Counted from the stretch's first letter, positions 49,011 through 59,399 are shown. The stretch: DNA of 64,000 nt from an uncultured Gammaproteobacteria bacterium (GCA_964493305.1 CAZBLW010000002.1:142812-206811), one strand, 5' to 3'. Notes: a model not told the origin generated them from the sequence alone. Made by a program: numbers and translations.

Positions 49011-50297
49011 ATGAATTGGTGGCAAAGAATTCAACAGGTATGGCAGACAAAAGAGGTTCGCAATGACATCTTATTTGTTTTATTGATCTTAGTTATTTTT
49101 AGAGTTGGTGCGCATATACCAATTCCTGGCATAGATACCGGAAATTTGCGAGATTTTTTTGCTTCCAATCAAATATTGGGATTGTTGAATCTTTTTTCTG
49201 GCGGTGGTTTGGAAAATTTTTCTATCATGATGTTAGGCGTTGGTCCTTACATTACTTCCTCAATCATCTTTCAACTATTGGTCATGATTGTACCCAAGCT
49301 TGAAGAACTATCCAAAGAAGGTGAGAACGGGCAAAGAAAAATCAATCAGTACACTCGTTGGGCAACTATTCCCTTAGCTGTTTTACAAGCCTATGGTTTT
49401 ATAACCTTGATGCAGCGCCAGGGTGGTAGTATTGGTTTATTGGGTGAATTAACTTTATTTCAATACGTAACTGCGATTGTGACCGTTACTGCTGGGACCA
49501 TGCTATTAACTTGGTTGGGTGATTTGATTTCCGAACGGCATATTGGCAATGGCGTGTCATTACTTATTTTTGCTGGTATTGTTGCTGGTTTACCCACTGC
49601 TCTACAGCAAACATTATTGGCTTTTGATATTTCTCAATTGACCACCATGATTTTATTTGGTGTTATAGCTTTGATTACGGTGGTGGGCGTGGTGTTTATT
49701 ACTGAGGGACAAAGACAAATACCAGTGACTTATGCTAGACGAGTACGCGGCATGAAGCAGTATGGTGGTACAAATACTCATTTACCCTTACGGGTCAATC
49801 AAGGGGGAGTAATTCCAATTATTTTTGCAATTTCAGTAATCATATTTCCTTCCATGATTGCCCAATTTTTTGTACAAGCTAAAAGCGCTTGGCTAGCAAA
49901 TGGAGCGGAAAATATTATTCAACTATTCAATAATCAAATTTTTTACGGAGTTTTTTATTTTATTTTGGTTGTAGCTTTTACTTATTTTTATTCAGCGGTG
50001 GTATTTAAACCAGACCAAGTTGCTGAAAATTTACAAAAACAAGGTGGCTTCATCCCGGGTATTAGACCAGGTCGCCCGACCGCCGAGTATTTACAAGCTA
50101 CGGTCAATCGTATCAATTTAACTGGATCAGCTTTTTTGGGTATTATTGCTGTTTTACCTCTCATCTTGAAGGCTTACTCCGGTTTGAATACCCTGGTAGT
50201 CGGTGGTACCTCATTGTTGATCGTAGTTTCGGTGGTTATTGAGTCGGTCAAGAAAGTTGAGGCCCAACTGGAAATGCATGATTATGATGCTTATTAA
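49011..50297 (+). CDS. secY: Preprotein translocase SecY
   Basis: 10-TM SecY. Operon position. Confidence 0.9.
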   Translation: MNWWQRIQQVWQTKEVRNDILFVLLILVIFRVGAHIPIPGIDTGNLRDFFASNQILGLLNLFSGGGLENFSIMMLGVGPYITSSIIFQLLVMIVPKLEELSKEGENGQRKINQYTRWATIPLAVLQAYGFITLMQRQGGSIGLLGELTLFQYVTAIVTVTAGTMLLTWLGDLISERHIGNGVSLLIFAGIVAGLPTALQQTLLAFDISQLTTMILFGVIALITVVGVVFITEGQRQIPVTYARRVRGMKQYGGTNTHLPLRVNQGGVIPIIFAISVIIFPSMIAQFFVQAKSAWLANGAENIIQLFNNQIFYGVFYFILVVAFTYFYSAVVFKPDQVAENLQKQGGFIPGIRPGRPTAEYLQATVNRINLTGSAFLGIIAVLPLILKAYSGLNTLVVGGTSLLIVVSVVIESVKKVEAQLEMHDYDAY

Positions 50298-50310
50298 GTT
50301 CTTTTATTTT

Positions 50311-50339
50311 GCCCCGACGTTAGGTCGGGGCGTTTTTTA
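50311..50339 (+). terminator. Rho-independent terminator after secY
   Basis: gccccgac-gttag-gtcggggc hairpin followed by TTTTTT. Confidence 0.7.
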
Positions 50340-50391
50340 TTTTTAGTAAAATTAGTTACAATATAATAAGATAAATTAATCATCCAAAAAA

Positions 50392-51033
50392 ATGTATAAT
50401 ATCGTTATTATTGGACCGCAAGGTTCAGGAAAAGGCACTCAAGCTGATTTAATTGCGGCTAAGTATTATCTAGCCAACATTTCCACTGGAGTGATGTTTC
50501 GCGAGGCAGTAAAAAACCAAACAGATTTAGGTCAGGCGGTTAAGGCGATTATTGATCGGGGTGATTTGGTACCTGATGACTTAACCAACGAATTGGTAAA
50601 AGAACGCTTACACAAACCAGATTGTGACAGCGGTTTTATTCTTGATGGTTATCCGAGAAATTTATTGCAAGCGGAGTATTTGTTAACCCATCAAACTATT
50701 ACTCATGTTTTGGAAATATGGATTTCTGATGAAGAAGCTATTAAAAGGATTTCTGGTCGTCGTGTTTGTAATTGTGGAGCTACTTATCATATTTTATACA
50801 ATCCACCTAAACAAAATGGTATTTGTGATCGTTGTGGCGGTAAATTAATGCAACGAGATGATGATGTAGAAAAGTCAGTTAAACAAAGATTAAAAATTTA
50901 TCATCAACAAACCGAATCTATTATCAGCTTTTTTCAAAAAAAAGGTTTACATTATCGTATAAATGGTGAGCAAAGAATACCTGATGTCGCTGATGATGTT
51001 TATTCAATATTAGATAAGTCCCATGATAGTTAA
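50392..51033 (+). CDS. adk: Adenylate kinase (zinc-finger lid)
   Basis: GPQGSGKGTQ P-loop. CNCG...CDRCG lid. Confidence 0.9.
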   Translation: MYNIVIIGPQGSGKGTQADLIAAKYYLANISTGVMFREAVKNQTDLGQAVKAIIDRGDLVPDDLTNELVKERLHKPDCDSGFILDGYPRNLLQAEYLLTHQTITHVLEIWISDEEAIKRISGRRVCNCGATYHILYNPPKQNGICDRCGGKLMQRDDDVEKSVKQRLKIYHQQTESIISFFQKKGLHYRINGEQRIPDVADDVYSILDKSHDS

Positions 51034-51772
51034 ATCAGATTCAGATTTAAAAAAATTGCAAGCGGGTGGTAAAATACTGTCTCAAGTTTTACAACTAGTA
51101 TCAACTCAAGTAGCAGTAGGTATAACTACCAGAGAATTGGACGAGATAGCTAGAAAAGCCATTAAAAGTTTTGCGGCGCAGCCATCATTTTTGGATTTTG
51201 AAGGTTATCCAGCCGCACTTTGTACTTCAGTTAATGATCAGTTGGTTCACGGTATACCCAGTGATTATCAATTGCAAACAGGGGATATTATTGGCATTGA
51301 TTGTGGGGTGTGGTATGAAGGTTTTTGTACCGATATGGCTCTAACTGTGGGCGTGGGTAAAATAGACTCAGTATCACAAAAGTTGATAACCGTTACTAAA
51401 CAATCACTAAGTGAAGGTTTAAAAAAAATTAAAGCCCAGCGCACGACTGGTGATTATGGAGCTGCTGTGCAGCAATATGTCGAACAACAAGGTTTTAGTG
51501 TGATTAGAGGGCTAGTTGGTCATGGTGTTGGTCTGGCTGTGCACGAAGAGCCCCGGATACCAAATTTTGGTTCTAAAGGTAAAGGAGAAGTTCTAACTGA
51601 AGGATTGGTGATAGCCTTGGAGCCCATGGTAGCCATTGGTTCTTATCAAGTTGAGACATTGACTGATGGTTGGACTATAGTTATGAGTGATGGCAGTCGC
51701 TCGGCTCATTTTGAGTTAACTGTTATGGTAACACCTGCTGGTTACGAGCTGATAACCCCACCAATTTGGTAA
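51023..51772 (+). CDS. map: Methionine aminopeptidase type I
   Basis: Pita-bread fold metal ligands (D..D..H..E..E pattern). Confidence 0.9.
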   Translation: MIVKSDSDLKKLQAGGKILSQVLQLVSTQVAVGITTRELDEIARKAIKSFAAQPSFLDFEGYPAALCTSVNDQLVHGIPSDYQLQTGDIIGIDCGVWYEGFCTDMALTVGVGKIDSVSQKLITVTKQSLSEGLKKIKAQRTTGDYGAAVQQYVEQQGFSVIRGLVGHGVGLAVHEEPRIPNFGSKGKGEVLTEGLVIALEPMVAIGSYQVETLTDGWTIVMSDGSRSAHFELTVMVTPAGYELITPPIW

Positions 51773-51787
51773 TTCTAAATTTATTAC

Positions 51788-52165
51788 ATGAAAATATTGG
51801 GAATTGATTATGGGACAAAAAAAATTGGTTTGAGCTTAGCCGCTGGTAAATTAGCTTTACCTTGGAAAATTTTGGATAATTTTTCTTCCCCAGCTGAAGT
51901 TGTTACCAGAATTACTGAAATAATTGCACAAGAGAAAATTGACACTGTAGTCATTGGTTGGCCTGTATCCTTGTCAGGTAAAATAGCCAAACAAGCAACT
52001 ACCGTCCAAAATTTTATTACACTATTGCAACAGTCAGTTGATATTCCAATTTTACAAATGGATGAAAGATATTCGAGTCAAATGGCCCAGAAGCAAAACA
52101 GTGGTAAATTTGATGATGCGCAAGCCGCTGCCAATATCTTACAAACTTTTTTAGACAAGCAATAA
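51788..52165 (+). CDS. ruvX: RuvX/YqgF Holliday-junction resolvase-like pre-16S rRNA nuclease
   Basis: MKILGIDYGTKKIGLSLA N-terminus. Confidence 0.7.
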   Translation: MKILGIDYGTKKIGLSLAAGKLALPWKILDNFSSPAEVVTRITEIIAQEKIDTVVIGWPVSLSGKIAKQATTVQNFITLLQQSVDIPILQMDERYSSQMAQKQNSGKFDDAQAAANILQTFLDKQ

Positions 52166-52168
52166 TTT

Positions 52169-53251
52169 ATGTGGCGTGATACTATTTGGTTTTATATTAT
52201 ACCTTTTCTGACTGCTGTGTTGGTAGTTCAGCCCTTAGTTTGGTTGGTTCGAAAATTTGCTTATCGGTTCAAGATTTTGGACTGGCCAGATAGTGGTCGA
52301 AAATTACACCAACGGCCAATTCCGTTAATGGGTGGGGTGGCTTTGGGATTAGGTTTTATTTTTTGTCTTGGTTTATTTTTACGTTTTAATTTTTTACTGG
52401 ATGGAAGATTACAGTGGCCATACATTTTAGCCCTAGTAATTGCTACTTTTCTGCTAATATTAGGCGGAATTTTAGATGATAAATATCGTCTTTTACCTTG
52501 GCAACAATTTGTTTGGCCACTACTTGCTGTAGTGGTTATTTTGCTTAGCGGCATCCAGGTTCATTTTATAACCAATCCTTTAGGCGGTATTTTACCTCTT
52601 GATGCTTGGCAGATTGACTGGGGAAATTTTAAATTTGCTCCCATATCTTTGGGTTTATCTTTTATCTGGTTGCTGGGAATGATTTATACCACCAAATTTT
52701 TAGATGGCCTTGATGGTTTGGTTTCTGGTATGACTTTTTTGGGTGCTACTTTTATATTTTTTGTTTCTTTGGCTTGGGATATTCCTTATTCGGGAACATC
52801 TGTTTTAGCTTTACTGGTAGCTGGTTTGATGTTTGGTTTTTTATGGTGGAATTTTTTTCCAGCAAAAATATTTTTGGGTGAAACAGGCTCTACTTTAGCC
52901 GGTTTATGGTTGGGGGTGTTGGCAATCATTTCGGGAGGTAAAATTGCTACCGCTTTATTGGTAATGGGTTTACCTATTTTGGATGTAGTCTGGGTAATTA
53001 TGCGTCGTATTTGGGAAAAAACTTCTCCGACCAAAGGCGATCGTAAACATCTCCATTTTAGATTACTTGATGTTGGTTTTTCTCACCGCCAGGCGGTTTT
53101 GTTTTTGTATTTATTGGCCACTTTATTTGGATCAGTGGCTCTATTTCAAAATTCCAAAGGTAAATTAATTTTATTTTTGATTTTACTTGCCGTTATGGCC
53201 ATTATTGGCTCTGTGTTGGTTTTGGTTTATAAAAAAAATGAGACAAAGTAA
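52169..53251 (+). CDS. Glycosyltransferase family 4 polyprenyl-phosphate sugar-1-phosphate transferase (MraY/WecA-like)
   Basis: Multi-TM protein. PIPLMGG and DDKYRL motifs. Confidence 0.65.
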   Translation: MWRDTIWFYIIPFLTAVLVVQPLVWLVRKFAYRFKILDWPDSGRKLHQRPIPLMGGVALGLGFIFCLGLFLRFNFLLDGRLQWPYILALVIATFLLILGGILDDKYRLLPWQQFVWPLLAVVVILLSGIQVHFITNPLGGILPLDAWQIDWGNFKFAPISLGLSFIWLLGMIYTTKFLDGLDGLVSGMTFLGATFIFFVSLAWDIPYSGTSVLALLVAGLMFGFLWWNFFPAKIFLGETGSTLAGLWLGVLAIISGGKIATALLVMGLPILDVVWVIMRRIWEKTSPTKGDRKHLHFRLLDVGFSHRQAVLFLYLLATLFGSVALFQNSKGKLILFLILLAVMAIIGSVLVLVYKKNETK

Positions 53252-53702
53252 ATTTATAATTTTTATATTTTTATTTTTTATCCTAACCGGTTGTTTTGCT
53301 AAACCAGCAGCTGACTCGACTGCTCTACCTAAGCCAACAGAGATTAAGTCAGTAGTGATAGGTGGACAAACTATCAGTGTTGAATTAGCTATTACCAAAG
53401 AAGAACAAGTCCAAGGTTTAGCCAATAGAGAAGCAATACCGGAAAATCATGGCATGTTATTTGTTTATCCCAATTATCAAATGTCTGGTTTTTGGATGAA
53501 GGGTATGCAGTTTCCTTTGGATATTATTTGGATTAAAGATGAACGTATCGTTGGTTGGGTAAGCGCTCAACCAGTGTCCGCCTCTGAGGAATTAGAAATT
53601 TATTATCCGCCAGAACCAGTTGATAAAGTATTGGAATTAAATTTTAGTTTAGTAGAAAAAAATAATTGGCAAATAGGAGAAAAAGTTATTTTTAATTATT
53701 GA
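53238..53702 (+). CDS. DUF192 domain lipoprotein
   Basis: Lipobox LTGC. DUF192-like MLFVYP...GFWMKGMQFPLDIIWI. Internal ATG chosen over the overlapping ORF-track start at 53187. Confidence 0.55.
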   Translation: MRQSKFIIFIFLFFILTGCFAKPAADSTALPKPTEIKSVVIGGQTISVELAITKEEQVQGLANREAIPENHGMLFVYPNYQMSGFWMKGMQFPLDIIWIKDERIVGWVSAQPVSASEELEIYYPPEPVDKVLELNFSLVEKNNWQIGEKVIFNY

Positions 53703-53749
53703 CAAAATCTTTATAATATGATATAATTATATAATATTTAATTATATTT

Positions 53750-55384
53750 ATGGAAAAAAATTTTTCTAGTTTAGAAAAAATTAAAAAATTAAAGAAAGAA
53801 TCAGCAGAGAAAAAAGATTTAATTGAGCAAACAAAAAAAATTCAAACCGAAAAAGAAGAAAGCGCAAAATTTGATTTGTATAATACAGCAAAAGATAAAT
53901 TGGAATTTTTAAAAACTAGAAAACTTGATATTGAAAAGCGTTTAGAAGAAATTTCTCATCGTCGTAATGAGATTATGAATATTGGTCATCAAGCTCGTGT
54001 TGAAGCAGCAGCAGATCCAGAAGTAGAAGCAGTATTGCACACCCCAGAAGGATTTAATGAAGTATTTGCTACAGAAAAAGATGAGTGGCAAGTTTTGCGT
54101 AGCGAAGTAGATAATCTCAATCAAGAGTTGAAAGAATTATCGTTAAATATTTCTGAGCAAGAAGTATTAGTCAGTAACTTATATACAGACACCAAGGAAG
54201 GTAGAGAATTATTGGCTCAACAGGCGGCTGAGGAAAAAAATGAGAAATTAACCAATCTTAAAAAACAACTAGCGCCAGAATTAAAAGATTCAATTTATTA
54301 TTACAATAATAACTTATCTCAATCCACTCGTTGGTCCCAAGGATTACATGATACTTTTACTTCCACAGATGATTGGCGCCACAATATAGATTCTTTGGCC
54401 TATATACATTTACGGGGTATTCCTCGAATTTTAGCATCAGACCAAGCCGAAGCAAAAGCAGCTAATACCAATACTAATATTGGTTACGAAGCATTTGCTG
54501 ATTTAATGTATGAAAAGTTGGGCACAATAAAAAGTGAATATGAGTCCAAAAATGTTGTTACTGAAGTTAAACAAGAAATGGCTAGTCGTTTAGAACGTTC
54601 TCTATTTAAAAATAAATACAATGATGAATTGGATAAAATAACATCTATGCAAAGAGTAAATAATTTTATTGAAAAGAATAAAGATGATATTCAATTAGCA
54701 CAAGAAAAATTACAAACTTCTTTGCAGGCATTAAAAGATCAGTTAAACAGTATATTCACCCAAGCTGAACAAAGTGAGGAATATAAAAATAAATTTTCTG
54801 ATTTGAATTTAGAACAATATAGACAACTTATTCCTGAAGCTGAAAAAATAGAAATTAATTTATATAACTACAGTTCTCATCGTATTGAAGTGCCAATGGT
54901 GAAACAGTTAGCAGAAAAATTAGCCATTGCCAGGAATAAATTGGACAAAGATATTGAGATGATCAATAAGGAAATATTTGAAAAAAATAATAAATTGATT
55001 AAATTTGGCTTAGATAAATTACGTAAAGAGAAAGAAAATCTTGAAAACAAACGTGAATTTTTATCACAACTTGTAAGTAAAGTAGTTGAGAGTGAATATA
55101 ATATTCCTGATTTTTATCCTCACGGAAAAGAAAAAAATTTAGCCTTGCTAAACAAATTAGGAAATTTGATTCACAGTTTTAATATGACCTATCCTCATAA
55201 AGATTTGTTTAATAAAAACGCAATCCCTGATTTTAATGTGAATTTAACCAAAGAAAGAATATTTGGCCAGATGAAAATGATAGATTTTTCAGAGGAACAA
55301 CGGGAAGTTTTACTAAAAAAAGAAGAGTTGGATAAGGCAGTAAAAACCGCTTCCCAGCTTTGGGAAGAAAAATTAAAATCATAA
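53750..55384 (+). CDS. Hypothetical coiled-coil protein
   Basis: 544 aa, E/K/L-rich heptad-like sequence. No enzymatic motifs. Confidence 0.4.
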   Translation: MEKNFSSLEKIKKLKKESAEKKDLIEQTKKIQTEKEESAKFDLYNTAKDKLEFLKTRKLDIEKRLEEISHRRNEIMNIGHQARVEAAADPEVEAVLHTPEGFNEVFATEKDEWQVLRSEVDNLNQELKELSLNISEQEVLVSNLYTDTKEGRELLAQQAAEEKNEKLTNLKKQLAPELKDSIYYYNNNLSQSTRWSQGLHDTFTSTDDWRHNIDSLAYIHLRGIPRILASDQAEAKAANTNTNIGYEAFADLMYEKLGTIKSEYESKNVVTEVKQEMASRLERSLFKNKYNDELDKITSMQRVNNFIEKNKDDIQLAQEKLQTSLQALKDQLNSIFTQAEQSEEYKNKFSDLNLEQYRQLIPEAEKIEINLYNYSSHRIEVPMVKQLAEKLAIARNKLDKDIEMINKEIFEKNNKLIKFGLDKLRKEKENLENKREFLSQLVSKVVESEYNIPDFYPHGKEKNLALLNKLGNLIHSFNMTYPHKDLFNKNAIPDFNVNLTKERIFGQMKMIDFSEEQREVLLKKEELDKAVKTASQLWEEKLKS

Positions 55385-55455
55385 GCAAAATCATTAGTAT
55401 TGACAGTAATATTAATTTTGTTATAATTTCTATACTATTTTTAAATTATTAAAAT

Positions 55456-55767
55456 ATGAATTTAGCAGTTATCAAGACCGGTGGTAAACAATACGTGGTT
55501 ACTCAAGGTCAAAAATTGAAAGTTGAAAAATTGCCAGTCAATGTTAAAGACAAAGTTGAATTGGCCGAAGTTTTATTGTTGGGTGATGAAAAAAAATTAC
55601 AAATTGGTACACCGTTTTTAGCTAATGCCAAGGTTACTGCCACAGTTTTAGCACAAGGCAAGTCAGACAAAGTAGTTGGCCATCATTATAAACCCAAAAC
55701 TCGAAATAAGAAAAAATTTGGTCATCGTCAACCTTATAGCGAGCTGGAAATTACTAAACTAGGTTAA
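55456..55767 (+). CDS. rplU: 50S ribosomal protein L21
   Basis: MNLAVIKTGGKQYVV start. Confidence 0.85.
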   Translation: MNLAVIKTGGKQYVVTQGQKLKVEKLPVNVKDKVELAEVLLLGDEKKLQIGTPFLANAKVTATVLAQGKSDKVVGHHYKPKTRNKKKFGHRQPYSELEITKLG

Positions 55768-55782
55768 TAATACAATTTTAAA

Positions 55783-55812
55783 AGCCCCAATCTATGGGGC
55801 TTTTTTATTTTT
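55783..55812. terminator. Bidirectional terminator between rplU and recR
   Basis: agcccca-atcta-tggggct followed by a T-run. Confidence 0.65.
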
Positions 55813-55822
55813 TAAATTTTGA

Positions 55823-56431
55823 TTATTTTAATTGTTGCCGATTGTCTAAAGCTTCAGCCAGTGTAATATCGTCAGTGTATTCTAAATCAGCTCCAACCGG
55901 CAGACCTCTAGCAAGCTTGGTCATTTTCATCTGCAAGGGTGAGAGTATTTTTTGTAGATAGAGAGCAGTAGTTTCGCCACTGATATCTGGATTGAAAGCC
56001 AAGATAATTTCTTTAAATTTAGGATTAGCAGCTTTAATTCGTTCTAGAAGTTCAGGGATTTTAATTTCTTGGGGCCCCAAATTTTGCAATGGTTCTAAAC
56101 AACCATCCAGAATAAAATACAAACCTCGGTAGTGACCAGTTTTTTCTATCGAACGTTGTTCAGTATAACCGCTCACAATACACAACATATGCTTATCGCG
56201 ATCCGTAGCCTGGCAAATATTACAGGGTGACTGTTCGGTAAAATTGCGACAGAATTGACAACGTGTTAAGTTGGTTTGTAAATTTATTAGATTATCTCCC
56301 AAATCAGCTAATAAGCTATTGGGCTGTTGTAACAAATAAAAAACTATTCTAGCCGCTGTGCGCGGGCCGACTGAGGGTAGCTTAGCAAAAGCATCAATAA
56401 CTTTTTGAATAATAGCCGGATAATCTGCCAT
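55823..56431 (-). CDS. recR: Recombination protein RecR
   Basis: C4 zinc finger CQFC...CNIC. Toprim domain. Confidence 0.85.
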   Translation of the reverse strand: MADYPAIIQKVIDAFAKLPSVGPRTAARIVFYLLQQPNSLLADLGDNLINLQTNLTRCQFCRNFTEQSPCNICQATDRDKHMLCIVSGYTEQRSIEKTGHYRGLYFILDGCLEPLQNLGPQEIKIPELLERIKAANPKFKEIILAFNPDISGETTALYLQKILSPLQMKMTKLARGLPVGADLEYTDDITLAEALDNRQQLK

Positions 56432-56434
56432 ATT

Positions 56435-56731
56435 TTATTTTAGATTAGGCAGGCTGTAGCCAGAGTCTTTTATTTTTTTGGCCATGACACGATGAATTTT
56501 TTTTATCAACTCTTCGTGTGCTTTGATAATGTTTTTTTCCAATTGTTGTTTCTTATCGCGACTTAAGAGTTCACTATCTATTTCACAGGCGGTCAGATTT
56601 TGGTTGCCATCCATTTTCAATTTAACACCACCATAATTTACCTCTTCACTTTCTTGGCCAAGAGTTTTTTGCATCTCTTTGGCTTGAGAACGTAGTTCTT
56701 TAATTTGATTTAGTTTGGAGAACATTGACAT
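56435..56731 (-). CDS. ybaB: Nucleoid-associated protein YbaB/EbfC
   Basis: 98-aa YbaB-type sequence immediately upstream of recR. Confidence 0.8.
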   Translation of the reverse strand: MSMFSKLNQIKELRSQAKEMQKTLGQESEEVNYGGVKLKMDGNQNLTACEIDSELLSRDKKQQLEKNIIKAHEELIKKIHRVMAKKIKDSGYSLPNLK

Positions 56732-56803
56732 ATAAATTTTAGAATTATGAATTATGAACTATGAATTATGATATTAACAACATAATTCATATTTCACTAT
56801 TCA

Positions 56804-58177
56804 TTATTCAAAATCTGGTTGGGGAGTGTCCGAGCGGGCTTTGTTTTCAAATCTAACTTTTTCTTCATTGAAGACCAGTTCTAACCAACCAGTAGGACCA
56901 TTGCGATGTTTGGCAATAATTATTTCGGCAATATTTCTTTTATCCGGATCTGTTTCGTCTCGTTTGTACATATATTCGCGATAAATAAATAATACCACAT
57001 CAGCATCTTGTTCAATGGAACCAGATTCACGTAAATGAGCCAGTTTTGGTTTGGGTGGGCGTTCGGTTTCCACTGCCCGTGATAATTGCGACAGAGCTAG
57101 TACTGGTACATTTAATTCTCTAGCTAAGGCCTTGAGTGCCCGAGAAATTTCACTAACTTCTTGTACGCGATTGTCAGAATTTTTACTTCGTCCTTCCATA
57201 AGTTGTAAATAATCAATCATAATCAATTCCAATCCGTGCTCAGCTTTTAACCTTCTCGCTTTGGTACGAAGCTCCATAATATTGGCAGTAGCACTATCAT
57301 CAATAAAAATTGGTGCTTCTGATAAAACTGACATAGCGTGACCAATTCTAGGAAAGTCATCATCTTCTTCGCGGTCCGACAGACGGCCGGTACGCATACG
57401 CCATAAATCAACCCCAGCTTCAGCACAGAGCATACGATCAACTAATTGTTCCTTACTCATTTCCAAGGAAAAAATACCCACGGGATGTCCAGCTTTGCCA
57501 ATTTGTCTGGCAATATCAAGGGCAAGTGTAGTTTTTCCCATTGAAGGACGAGCAGCCAGTATAATAAGATCTGACTTTTGTAAACCAGCCAACTTACTAT
57601 CCAAATCATAGTAGCCAGTTGGTAGTCCTCTAATACGTCCACCTTCACGATGCATTTCGTCAATTCGTTCAAAAGTGTCATCCAATATTGATCTTACTGG
57701 AATAAAGTTTTGTTTCAGGTGTTTCTGAGAAATTTGAAATATTTTTTGTTCAGCTTCATCTAGTAGTGCATCAACTTTTTCTTCTTCACTAAAACCAAGT
57801 GCTGTAATTTCTTGTGCGGCTCTAATTAATTTGCGCAGGGCCGCTTTTTTTTGCACAATCTGGGCGTAAGATAAAATATTACTGGAGGTAACTACTGAGT
57901 TAGTAAGTTCAGCCAAGTAAGCACGACCACCAATTTTTTCTAAAATTTGTTTTTCTTGCAAACGATTGGTCAAGCTCAACAAATCAATTGGTTCCCGTTC
58001 GCTATAAAGCTCTAACATGGTTTCAAAAATTTGTTGATGAGATTCTTTATAAAAATCATCACTCGATATAGTATCAGCGATTTTGGAGATAGCTTCTTGA
58101 TCAATCAAAATTGATCCCAAAACATTGGTTTCCGCTTCTAGATTTTGGGGTGGAAGTTTGTTTAAGTCATCAGACAT
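56804..58177 (-). CDS. dnaB: Replicative DNA helicase DnaB
   Basis: N-terminal DnaB domain and RecA-like domain with Walker A PSMGKT and the IDYLQLM motif. Confidence 0.9.
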   Translation of the reverse strand: MSDDLNKLPPQNLEAETNVLGSILIDQEAISKIADTISSDDFYKESHQQIFETMLELYSEREPIDLLSLTNRLQEKQILEKIGGRAYLAELTNSVVTSSNILSYAQIVQKKAALRKLIRAAQEITALGFSEEEKVDALLDEAEQKIFQISQKHLKQNFIPVRSILDDTFERIDEMHREGGRIRGLPTGYYDLDSKLAGLQKSDLIILAARPSMGKTTLALDIARQIGKAGHPVGIFSLEMSKEQLVDRMLCAEAGVDLWRMRTGRLSDREEDDDFPRIGHAMSVLSEAPIFIDDSATANIMELRTKARRLKAEHGLELIMIDYLQLMEGRSKNSDNRVQEVSEISRALKALARELNVPVLALSQLSRAVETERPPKPKLAHLRESGSIEQDADVVLFIYREYMYKRDETDPDKRNIAEIIIAKHRNGPTGWLELVFNEEKVRFENKARSDTPQPDFE

Positions 58178-58309
58178 AGTAGTATCTTACTGGAAAAAAA
58201 CCAATTTTTCAAGACAATATTTTACAGAGGAAATCCACTTGTCATTCACATTTTTAATGCTAAGATATATTCAAAGATCATTAAAAAACAATAAACAAAG
58301 GAGTCAGTC

Positions 58310-59350
58310 ATGAAAAAAACCTATTTTTTAATTCGTTTATGGTTATTGGCCTTGAGTGTTGTGGTAGTCGGGCAAAGTATCGTGCTGTTTAATTTATCTA
58401 AAACCAATCAAACCCTTGAGTCTACCAGTAGCGAACGTTTTACCTCTATGGAAAATTTAATCGATACCTTGTGGTCAGATTTTTATCTGCAGAATATTAA
58501 TATTCCGGAAAAAATTGTTTTTGCCGATAAGGAAATTTATTTGGATGAAGTAATTAGAGAAGAATTATGGCAGCGAGTTATGCGTTTTCAAAGTGAACGT
58601 TGGCGGTGGCCAATGTTGAATTATCGTTTAGATAAATATGCTTTTGTCTTTGATACTTTGCAAGCGATGTCAGCTCCGGCTGATTTGAAATATGTGGCTA
58701 TTCAAGAAAGCTTTTTAAATCCCAGAGCAATTTCTTGGGCGCAAGCTGCTGGTTTTTGGCAATTTATTCAATCAACCGGGAGAAAATTTGGTTTAAAAAT
58801 CGATTGGTATATTGACCAACGTTATAATCCTGGTTATGCCACTATAGCCGCAGTCAAATTTTTCAATTATTTATTGCAACGATTTGATGGCGATTGGGCT
58901 TTATCAGCTGCTGCTTATAACGCTGGTGAAAGTAGAATTTTGCAAAGTATAAAATTGCAAGGCACGGATAACTATTTTGGTTTGATTTTAAATAAAGAAA
59001 CAACCGATTACTTTATAAATATTTTGACTTGGAAGATTGTTATGGAAAAAGCAGATAATTTTGTCCGCAGATTTAAACCGCAGGTGGATTTTTCCATACC
59101 TACTGTCGAGGTTAAATTAACTTTATTACATCCCCTTAAAGCCAAGGATATGTTGGTAGTTTTTAAAAATAGTTATCGAGTATGGCGAAGTTTAAACCCT
59201 ATGTATGTTAGAGACCAAGTGCCCACAGGCAGTCATTTAATTCGTGTTCCTAAAGAAAATTTAACTATTTTCAATCAGATATTGGCAAGCAAAAAAGCAT
59301 TTTATGTAGTGGTTGATGCTGAACAAAACACACGAGATTTAGGTGGTTAA
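58310..59350 (+). CDS. Lytic transglycosylase (SLT domain) with N-terminal membrane anchor
   Basis: SLT catalytic motif QESF...AAGFWQFI and AYNAGE. Confidence 0.7.
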   Translation: MKKTYFLIRLWLLALSVVVVGQSIVLFNLSKTNQTLESTSSERFTSMENLIDTLWSDFYLQNINIPEKIVFADKEIYLDEVIREELWQRVMRFQSERWRWPMLNYRLDKYAFVFDTLQAMSAPADLKYVAIQESFLNPRAISWAQAAGFWQFIQSTGRKFGLKIDWYIDQRYNPGYATIAAVKFFNYLLQRFDGDWALSAAAYNAGESRILQSIKLQGTDNYFGLILNKETTDYFINILTWKIVMEKADNFVRRFKPQVDFSIPTVEVKLTLLHPLKAKDMLVVFKNSYRVWRSLNPMYVRDQVPTGSHLIRVPKENLTIFNQILASKKAFYVVVDAEQNTRDLGG

Positions 59351-59371
59351 AAACCATTCATTATTTCATCA

Positions 59372-59399
59372 ACCCAAGACAAATTGTCTTGGGTTTTTC
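59372..59399 (+). terminator. Rho-independent terminator
   Basis: acccaagac-aaatt-gtcttgggt followed by TTTTT. Confidence 0.6.

Noticed and set aside
1062-53237. Upstream ORF-track starts for TerL (1062), rplB (41864) and DUF192 (53187)
   Set aside because: Each overlaps the preceding gene extensively. Internal ATGs (1155, 41957, 53238) give canonical N-termini: MSEKYL for Ter[15 protein letters not shown] for L2, and a signal peptide with lipobox for DUF192.
34560-56803. Checked short tandem repeats, (aaaaatt)x4 and the tgaattatga cluster, as possible CRISPR arrays
   Set aside because: Repeats are far too short, have no spacers, and no cas genes are present. No CRISPR array is evident anywhere in the window.
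59381-59392. The 12-mer aaattgtcttgg is shared between the att-like repeats and the terminator after the lytic transglycosylase
   Set aside because: A 12-mer match is expected by chance many times in 64 kb of AT-rich DNA, and it sits within an ordinary terminator hairpin.
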